From: an uncultured Planctomycetia bacterium
Lineage (GTDB): Bacteria > Omnitrophota > Gorgyraeia > 2-01-FULL-45-10
Assembly: GCA_964534705.1 (NCBI GenBank)
Contig: CAZHPY010000004.1
Location: forward strand, 1-44,499
Direction of reading: 5' to 3'
DNA: 44,499 nt
Position numbers and translations under genes: made by a program. The notes beneath the pieces were generated by a model that was not told the DNA's origin, searched no databases, and saw only the letters and a program-made list of their open reading frames with translations. Within the stretch, counting starts at the first letter, position 1. Each line of letters begins with the position of its first letter. This document shows, piece after piece, positions 38,330 to 44,499 of this stretch.

Positions 38330-38367
38330 TTTATATATGGGGAAAACCGAAAGGAGGTGAAAAAAAG

Positions 38368-38631
38368 ATGCTAAAGGAGGATTTAAAACTGGAAGTGGCA
38401 AGGATCCATAAACTTGATGGCAGCGGCTCTACAAAAGCCTTCTGTGACTTGTCTATCCTTGACAACTTTGTAATCAAGGGGGTACGGGTAGTAGAGGGCG
38501 AAAAAGGGCTGTTTGTAAGTATGCCGCGCGAAGCCGGAAAGGATGGCAAATGGTATAACACCGTAACGCTTCTTAATAAAGAAGTAAAAAACGAAATAGA
38601 AAAACTCGTTCTTGAGGCATACGGAGCTTAA
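38368..38631 (+). CDS. spoVG: SpoVG family protein
   Basis: The sequence EVARIHKLDGSGSTKAFCDLSILDNFVIKGVRVVEGEKGLFVSMP is a classic SpoVG fold sequence. An AAGGAGGTGA SD lies upstream. Confidence 0.9.
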   Translation: MLKEDLKLEVARIHKLDGSGSTKAFCDLSILDNFVIKGVRVVEGEKGLFVSMPREAGKDGKWYNTVTLLNKEVKNEIEKLVLEAYGA

Positions 38632-38632
38632 G

Positions 38633-39010
38633 ATGGGCCGGGAGAAGAGGAAGACGGGTAATATCGGTGAATGCTTGGCCTGTTCTTACCTGAAGAAAAA
38701 AGGATACAGGATACTTGAGCGTAACTTTCGCACAATATTCGGTGAGATAGATATTGTAGCAAGGCTCAATGAAATCATGGTCTTCGTAGAGGTAAAAACA
38801 AGGCTGACCTCTTCTCTCGGCCCGCCGTACCTTGCAATAACAAAAGTAAAAGAAAGGCACATAATCAAAAACGCTATCTTTTATCTTAAGGCACACAGGA
38901 TCATAGAAGTACAATGGAGGATAGATATCGTGTCAATAAAATTGAACGATAAGTACGAAACCGAAAAGATAGAATTGATTGAAAATGCCGTAGAGGATAA
39001 TTATATATAA
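38633..39010 (+). CDS. yraN: YraN family (UPF0102) endonuclease-like protein
   Basis: It has GECLACSYLKKKGYRILERNFR..GEIDIVA and VFVEVKTR motifs. I take ATG 38633, just after the spoVG stop. Confidence 0.8.
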   Translation: MGREKRKTGNIGECLACSYLKKKGYRILERNFRTIFGEIDIVARLNEIMVFVEVKTRLTSSLGPPYLAITKVKERHIIKNAIFYLKAHRIIEVQWRIDIVSIKLNDKYETEKIELIENAVEDNYI

Positions 39011-39027
39011 ATTCAGGAGAGACAAAA

Positions 39028-40560
39028 ATGATCTCAAAGATATATTCAAGTTGTGTATTGGGGGTTGATGCTTATGAGGTAACCGCTGAGGTCGATATAG
39101 GAGGAGGTCTGCCGCATTTCAGCATAGTCGGCCTACCGGATATCGCCATAAAAGAATCCCGAGACCGTATAAAATCAGCCATAAAAAATTCCGGCTTCTC
39201 CTTCCCTTCGACAAAGATAATAGTAAACCTGGCTCCTGCAGATATAAAAAAGGAAGGCGCTTCATACGATCTTCCCATCGCGCTTTCTATCCTATCGACT
39301 GAAAATGTGATAGATTTCAACCTTCTGAATGATCATATATTCTGCGGAGAGCTTTCTCTGGATGGGAAAATAAAACCCATTAAAGGCGCACTTCCAATTG
39401 CCATTGCTTTAAAAAAAATGAATAAAAAGATCTTTATACTGCCTAAGGAAAATTCAAAGGAAGCCGCTACGGTCAAAGGTATTGAGGTTTATCCGGTATC
39501 AACATTGAGAGAGGTCGTAGATTTTTTAAATAAAAAAATCTCAAAAAAACAGGAAGAGTTGAATATTGAAAATATATTTAAGAGAAATTCGAAGTACAGA
39601 TCTGATTTTAGTGAGGTTAAGGGGCAGGAGCATGTAAAAAGGGGGCTTGAGGTAGCTGCTGCGGGCGGGCATAACATCCTATTAATAGGACCGCCGGGTT
39701 CCGGGAAGAGCATGCTAGCCAAGAGATTGCCTACCATACTCTCAGAAATGACACTTGAAGAAGGGCTTGAGACTTCCGGCATACACAGCATAGCGGGGAT
39801 ACTGCCAAAGGATAAGGTAATATTAGGGACACGGCCATTCAGGTCTCCACATCATACAATATCTGATGCGGCATTGCTAGGGGGCGGCACAAATCCAACT
39901 CCGGGAGAAATAAGCCTGGCCCATAACGGAGTTCTTTTTCTGGATGAATTACCGGAATTCAAGAGGAACGTTTTGGGGGTACTGAGACAACCTATGGAAG
40001 ATGGCCAGGTCACGATAGCGAGGGTAGCAAATACATTGACCTACCCTGCCAAATTCATGCTGGTTGCCGCAATGAACCCTTGCCCCTGCGGATATTTTAC
40101 GGACCCGAAAAGAGAGTGCCACTGTACGCCCTTTCAGACACAGAATTATCTTTCTAAAGTATCCGGCCCATTACTGGACAGGATCGACATACATCTGGAG
40201 GTACCAAGGCTTAAATACGAAAATCTCACCGATAAGAGACGTGGTGAACCTTCTACGGAAATAAGAAAACGTGTCGACATGGCTCGGGACATTCAGAAAA
40301 AGCGGCAAAAAAACGACGGTACGTTCTTTAACGCTCACCTGGAACCAAAAGAAATTGAGGCATATTGTGCCCTGGATAAGGAGGCTGAAGAACTGTTAAA
40401 GCTGGCCATACTTGAATTAGGCATATCGGCAAGGGCTTACGACAAGATATTAAAGGTATCCCGCACAATAGCGGACCTTGACGGCAAAGACGTTATAGAA
40501 GCTCATCACATATCCGAGGCTATCTCATACAGGAGTTTAGATAGGAACCTATGGGGATAA
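39028..40560 (+). CDS. comM: YifB/ComM family Mg-chelatase-like AAA+ ATPase
   Basis: It has an N-terminal Lon-protease-like domain, Walker A GPPGSGKSMLA, Walker B LFLDELPEF and a Cys cluster NPCPCGY..CHC. Confidence 0.9.
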   Translation: MISKIYSSCVLGVDAYEVTAEVDIGGGLPHFSIVGLPDIAIKESRDRIKSAIKNSGFSFPSTKIIVNLAPADIKKEGASYDLPIALSILSTENVIDFNLLNDHIFCGELSLDGKIKPIKGALPIAIALKKMNKKIFILPKENSKEAATVKGIEVYPVSTLREVVDFLNKKISKKQEELNIENIFKRNSKYRSDFSEVKGQEHVKRGLEVAAAGGHNILLIGPPGSGKSMLAKRLPTILSEMTLEEGLETSGIHSIAGILPKDKVILGTRPFRSPHHTISDAALLGGGTNPTPGEISLAHNGVLFLDELPEFKRNVLGVLRQPMEDGQVTIARVANTLTYPAKFMLVAAMNPCPCGYFTDPKRECHCTPFQTQNYLSKVSGPLLDRIDIHLEVPRLKYENLTDKRRGEPSTEIRKRVDMARDIQKKRQKNDGTFFNAHLEPKEIEAYCALDKEAEELLKLAILELGISARAYDKILKVSRTIADLDGKDVIEAHHISEAISYRSLDRNLWG

Positions 40561-40570
40561 TTATATAGAC

Positions 40571-43500
40571 TTATGCGGCTTCCGCGAACCTGCGTGCAGC
40601 TTCGCGCAGGACCTTCAGTTTCTCATGTTCCACTATTCCGGATACTTTACCGAGAGCGTCTATTATCTTCTTTACTATATCTGTTATGTCAAAAATAGTG
40701 ACATATCTCAGGTCCGTAACTGGGTCTCCATAGACTTTAAAATAATAGTACCTGGCAGTATGGACCTTTGCAGTTACATCGGCTATTGTTTCAGCATAGG
40801 CAATTCTTTCATCCGCAGACTTCCCCTTATTCAACTCGTCTATCAAAGCCTTCTGTTTATCATTCGTGACTATCGCAGCGACTTTTATGCCGGACCTCGC
40901 CAATTTTGGCAAAAATATTCCCAGTCCGTTATCAAAAGTAACTTTTTCTGAAAAGATAAATGTTGATTTATCCTTTTCAAGTATATTTTCTATACGTAAA
41001 AGGCGCGATAGCTCCTCAAGGAACACGGTTGTGTTTAGATGATTCTCATACCATTCCTGATGAAGAGGCTGTTCATCCTCTGAGGGTTCTTCTGATACAA
41101 TGGGCAGCGCCGGCACAAAGTCCATTAATGTGGCATCTTCGCCGATCTTTGCATCAAGGCTTTTCACATGTATCTTGCCCAAGGCAAGTAAAACTGCTCC
41201 GATATCATATCCCATACTATCGGCAAATTCAGTCATTAGTTCTGTTTCCGACAATTCCCTGCTGTGCTCCATTTCGGATCTAACCTTGAATTCCCTGAAC
41301 TTTCTTCTGATCTGCCTCAGGCTTTCCGGCTGATCTCGATAATACAATATCAAGTTGATGCATTTGAGATATGTATGTAGATAAGCAATATAGGACGACT
41401 GCCTCAGATCATTCTTAAGCAGATTAGCATATATATTATGCCGCATGCTTGCCTCCAACAGCAGTTCATAGGCCAGCGATTTTCTGCTTTCATCTTTGTA
41501 CTTTTTTATCCGATCCAGGTGCCTTTCTATCAACCAGTCTCTTGCACCCACCCTTATTTTTTCATCGCATGAAAATAATAAAAGCCCCGCTTTTCCATAA
41601 TCATCTTCTGATATCGTTTTTACTTTCAACAAGGCAGATAAGCAGGCCTTCTCTTCTTCAGTTGCCTTGCGTATATATTCTTTTAGCTCCTCCCGCTTCC
41701 CTGAATCTTCAGCCAATATATCTATTAAACCGTAAACGGTACTTAATCCGAATTGGCGCAACAACAGCCTGAATTGCAGGTATTTCTTTTCTTCATCATT
41801 CAAAAGACGGTCTAATGGAGGCATTTTTGCCTTTTCTTTACGCATATATGAAAAGTTTCTGGTAATAAATTCGGGGTTTGCTATTATTTTTGCCACCAAA
41901 ACATTAGGGATGTTAAACCCCGGTATCACTGCCTTTAACTTCATAAATTCAGTTGCATAACTTTTTATCTCGTTTTCTTTCCGTGAACCGCGTAGTACAA
42001 GAGAAAGGCAATAGCTCTCGTTTATGCCAACCTCTTTTAGGGTTTTGATAATACCCTTTATCTCTCCTTCCTTCCGGGAGCTTATAAGGACAGAGGCAGT
42101 ATGAAATCCCTCGCTGATGCCAAACCCCTTAAGGACATTGACAAGGCCTTTCATCTCTTCTCCCTTGCGTGAACTTGCGAGGATAAGGGCAAGATGATAA
42201 GATTCGGTAATACCAAGCTCCTTCAGGGTACCAACAATAGATCTTATTTCTTTTTCCTTCCGGGCACCACGCAATATTATGGAAAGGTGATAACCCTTGG
42301 TTATCCCAAGTCCTTTCAAGGTCCTGACAATGCTCTTTATCTCTGTTTCCTTCCGGGAACTTGTAAGGATATAAGCAAGGTGGGCCCCTTCGGTTATACC
42401 AAGCTCTTTCAATGTATCTACAATAGATTTTATCTCTTCTTCCTTCCTTGCGCTGCGCAGTATGAGTGAAAGATTCGCGCCTCCTTTTATGCCAGCCCTT
42501 TCCAGTGTATTAATAATATCCACTATCTCTTTTTTCTTCCGGGCGCTGTGCAATATAAGGGAAAGGTGATAACCCTTGGTTATCCCAAGTCCTTTCAAGG
42601 TCCTGACAATGCTCTTTATCTCTGTTTCCTTCCGGGAACTTGTAAGGATATAAGCAAGGTGGGCCCCTTCGGTAATGCCCAGCCTTCTCAGTGTTTTTAC
42701 AAGAGATTTTACTTCTTTTTCCTTCCGGGAACTTGTAAGGATAGGTGCAAGATAAGCACCTTCTGTGATACCAAATTTCTTCAAGGTTTTGATAATGGTT
42801 TTTATCTCTTCTCCATTGCGTGAATTTGTAAGGATAGGGGCAATATAAGCACCTTCTGTAATGCCAAAATCCCTCAGTGTGTTAATAAGCTCTTTTACCT
42901 CTTCTTCCTTCCGCGAACTTGTAAGAATAAGAGCAAGATGATAACCTCCGGTTATGCCAAGCATTTTAAGGGTATTTATAAGACTCTTTATTTCTTTTTC
43001 CTTCCGGGAACTATGCAATATCATGGCCATATGAGCACTCTTAGTAATGCCAAACATCTTCAGGGTCTTGACAACCGATCTTATCTCTTCTTTTTCCCGT
43101 GCGCTGTGTAGAATCTGGGCAAGATGAGTGCTGCCGGTAATCCCAAGTTCTTTTAGAGTTCTGATAAAAACCTGGACATCTTCTGCTTTTCTGGAACTCG
43201 CGAGTATGCTGGCAATATGGTTGCTTTCTGTGATACCAAGCATTTTAAGGGTATTTATAACAGAGCTCACATCTTCTGCTTTTCTGGAACTTATGAGTAT
43301 GCGTACAATATGATGGCTTTCGGTGATATAAAGCTCCTTTAGGATATTAATAAGAACTATCATCTCATCTTCCTTACGGGAGCTGCGCAGGATCAGGGTG
43401 AGATGATTGCTCTTAAATACAAAAGATCCGTTATCTTTACACAGGAATGATAACCGCAGAACTTCTAACCTCTCATTCAGCTTTATAATCTTTGATATTT

Positions 43501-44434
43501 TATCTGCCTGCGCAGGACTGAAATATGGCTTGTTATTTTCACATAACCCCTGCAGCAACCTGCTTATTTCTTTATCAACATCCTTTCTTTTGATCTCTTT
43601 GCCGTCAGCTTTCGCCAGAAGCGCCCTTACATCACTGATGACTTTATCAAGAACTTTGCTGTCGGTGCGCCGAGCCTTATCTCCTGCCATCATATAATCT
43701 CTGTTAATAACATCCGGGTGCATGGCAAAAACAAGGTTTACGAATTCCCGGACCAGTAATTTATCTATAATACGGCCGTTTCTCTCTACCTGATGTTGTA
43801 ATCTGACATTATCTTTTTCAAAATTCTCTCGTGCTGATCGTATAAAAGAATTTATATTCTGCGGAGTATCCGGGTTTTTGGCTATTAACCCTTCGTCAAA
43901 TAATTCTTTCGCCCTCGTAGACCTTGCCCTTATCTCATGAAAAAGTCTGGCTATTATCTTACGCCTGCCTTCTTTTGAGTGCTTTTCATCTTCTAAAGCA
44001 AACGCTGAAATATATGCGCCTGCATGCCCCCATGCTCTTCTGCCTTCAAATAAAGGTAGGTCATCTTCGTTTTTCACAAATATGACCTGTATTTTACCTC
44101 CGGAAGATCTAAGGGTTGTATTAAGTCTTGTAAGCATATTTGCTGCGCCACAGGCATCGATAATGCCCATGAACTCTTCTTCAAGATATGGAATAGCTGA
44201 TAGACTCCTGGCTTTAGTGGAATTTTGTCTTATAAGCTCATCTATAGGGCCTTGATGCGCGACAAGGCGCTCTTCCATCATGTCATATAGTTTCTGGTAG
44301 ATTTTAGGGTTTCCTGCTTGGGGGGCAAGTGTACTTGTATCAGCCAAAACGATTGTGTCGGCGCAAAATAGGCATACTAAAACCATCTCTACAGCCTTGA
44401 ACAAAACATTATATTTGTCTTTATGAAAAGTCAT
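40571..44434 (-). CDS. 1287-aa orphan repeat protein
   Basis: It is a single uninterrupted ORF convergent with comM. It comprises an unassigned ~340-aa N-terminal region with one hydrophobic segment, 16 x 31-aa tandem repeats, a degenerate sigma-70 region 2-3-like segment and an unassigned C-terminal domain. Repeat periodicity is in frame. I saw no catalytic motif. There is no obvious SD before ATG 44434, so the exact start is uncertain. Confidence 0.8.
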   Translation of the reverse strand: MTFHKDKYNVLFKAVEMVLVCLFCADTIVLADTSTLAPQAGNPKIYQKLYDMMEERLVAHQGPIDELIRQNSTKARSLSAIPYLEEEFMGIIDACGAANMLTRLNTTLRSSGGKIQVIFVKNEDDLPLFEGRRAWGHAGAYISAFALEDEKHSKEGRRKIIARLFHEIRARSTRAKELFDEGLIAKNPDTPQNINSFIRSARENFEKDNVRLQHQVERNGRIIDKLLVREFVNLVFAMHPDVINRDYMMAGDKARRTDSKVLDKVISDVRALLAKADGKEIKRKDVDKEISRLLQGLCENNKPYFSPAQADKISKIIKLNERLEVLRLSFLCKDNGSFVFKSNHLTLILRSSRKEDEMIVLINILKELYITESHHIVRILISSRKAEDVSSVINTLKMLGITESNHIASILASSRKAEDVQVFIRTLKELGITGSTHLAQILHSAREKEEIRSVVKTLKMFGITKSAHMAMILHSSRKEKEIKSLINTLKMLGITGGYHLALILTSSRKEEEVKELINTLRDFGITEGAYIAPILTNSRNGEEIKTIIKTLKKFGITEGAYLAPILTSSRKEKEVKSLVKTLRRLGITEGAHLAYILTSSRKETEIKSIVRTLKGLGITKGYHLSLILHSARKKKEIVDIINTLERAGIKGGANLSLILRSARKEEEIKSIVDTLKELGITEGAHLAYILTSSRKETEIKSIVRTLKGLGITKGYHLSIILRGARKEKEIRSIVGTLKELGITESYHLALILASSRKGEEMKGLVNVLKGFGISEGFHTASVLISSRKEGEIKGIIKTLKEVGINESYCLSLVLRGSRKENEIKSYATEFMKLKAVIPGFNIPNVLVAKIIANPEFITRNFSYMRKEKAKMPPLDRLLNDEEKKYLQFRLLLRQFGLSTVYGLIDILAEDSGKREELKEYIRKATEEEKACLSALLKVKTISEDDYGKAGLLLFSCDEKIRVGARDWLIERHLDRIKKYKDESRKSLAYELLLEASMRHNIYANLLKNDLRQSSYIAYLHTYLKCINLILYYRDQPESLRQIRRKFREFKVRSEMEHSRELSETELMTEFADSMGYDIGAVLLALGKIHVKSLDAKIGEDATLMDFVPALPIVSEEPSEDEQPLHQEWYENHLNTTVFLEELSRLLRIENILEKDKSTFIFSEKVTFDNGLGIFLPKLARSGIKVAAIVTNDKQKALIDELNKGKSADERIAYAETIADVTAKVHTARYYYFKVYGDPVTDLRYVTIFDITDIVKKIIDALGKVSGIVEHEKLKVLREAARRFAEAA
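42281..42394. repeat. perfect 114-nt direct repeat, copy A
   Basis: By eye it is identical to 42560-42673. The offset is 279 nt, which equals 3 repeat units. Confidence 0.85.
42560..42673. repeat. perfect 114-nt direct repeat, copy B
   Basis: By eye it is identical to 42281-42394. It encodes TEGAHLAYILTSSRKETEIKSIVRTLKGLGITKGYHLS in both places. Confidence 0.85.
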
Positions 44435-44499
44435 AATAACCCGAATTACGCGAACTTCTGGACCTCGTATATTCCCTTGAGTTGTTCATAATTCAGAGG

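Larger units (their letters stand above)
41933..43420 (-). repeat. coding tandem array: 16 units of 93 nt (31 aa)
   Basis: The unit consensus is I-T-x-[GS]-x-H-[LI]-[AS]-x-I-L-x-S-[SA]-R-K-E-x-E-I-K-S-[IL]-[VI]-x-T-L-K-x-[LF]-G. The first and last units are degenerate. Confidence 0.9.

Noticed and set aside
40584-40610. Short inverted repeats (CCTGCG/CGCAGG and GCGAA/TTCGC) near the convergent comM and giant-ORF ends, considered as a bidirectional terminator.
   Set aside because: The stems are only 5-6 bp, there is no flanking U/A tract, and the site lies inside the last codons of the giant ORF. The support is too weak.
41933-43420. Regular 93-nt periodicity that could be mistaken for a CRISPR-like or satellite array.
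   Set aside because: The period is a multiple of 3 and in frame within one long ORF. The units have no repeat/unique-spacer alternation, and no cas genes are present. It is a protein-coding repeat.
44446-44499. A 17-codon open frame on the minus strand (…PLNYEQLKGIYEVQKFA, stop 44446-44448) that could be the 3-prime end of a gene upstream of the giant ORF.
   Set aside because: It is too short to distinguish from chance or to identify. I note it only because an 11-nt gap to ATG 44434 would imply operon linkage.
1-44499. A scan for defense islands, toxin-antitoxin pairs, prophage remnants, integrases and IS elements.
   Set aside because: Nothing recognisable was found. The PIN domain protein at 23994-25022 is the conserved YacL-type housekeeping form with membrane anchor and TRAM domain, not a VapC toxin with a partner antitoxin.

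Overview
This is a gene-dense bacterial chromosomal segment with about 45 CDS. I saw no rRNA, tRNA, CRISPR array, transposase or integrase. Positions 1-36964 form one co-directional minus-strand block of 37 tightly packed, mostly housekeeping genes: aroC, pilD, aroE, leuA, ilvC, ilvN, ilvB, ilvD, alr, tsaB, tsaE, thiL, mtnA, a DUF362 Fe-S protein, a CPBP protease, a TatD-radical SAM fusion, metG, yaaT, holB, tmk, cysS, cysE, ispF, ispD, a PIN/TRAM protein, mlaD, mlaF, mlaE, a hypothetical protein, clpC, mcsB, mcsA, ilvE, lolD, lolC/E and lysS. Many junctions overlap by 1 or 4 nt (ATGA or TAATG). Positions 37084-40560 are a plus-strand block: ECF sigma, anti-sigma, spoVG, yraN and comM/yifB. 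Positions 40571-44434 hold the one clearly non-housekeeping gene, a minus-strand 1287-aa orphan ORF. Its centre is sixteen tandem 31-residue repeats with a few hypervariable, helix-face-aligned positions. This array is followed by a segment that looks like a degenerate sigma-70 region 2-3, and it contains a perfect 114-nt internal duplication. This ORF is my best candidate for something undescribed, possibly a modular nucleic-acid-binding repeat protein. That reading is inference from sequence patterns only. Secondary observations are: a duplicated ECF-type promoter motif (TGCAAG-N17-CGTC) in front of the anti-sigma gene and spoVG; a family of heptamer-periodic low-complexity elements and imperfect palindromes at intercistronic junctions, with related tracts in frame inside cysS; a single-ORF TatD-radical SAM fusion; and an unassigned membrane-anchored protein directly upstream of mlaEFD. 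All product calls rest on motifs I recognise in the supplied translations. No database search was run.
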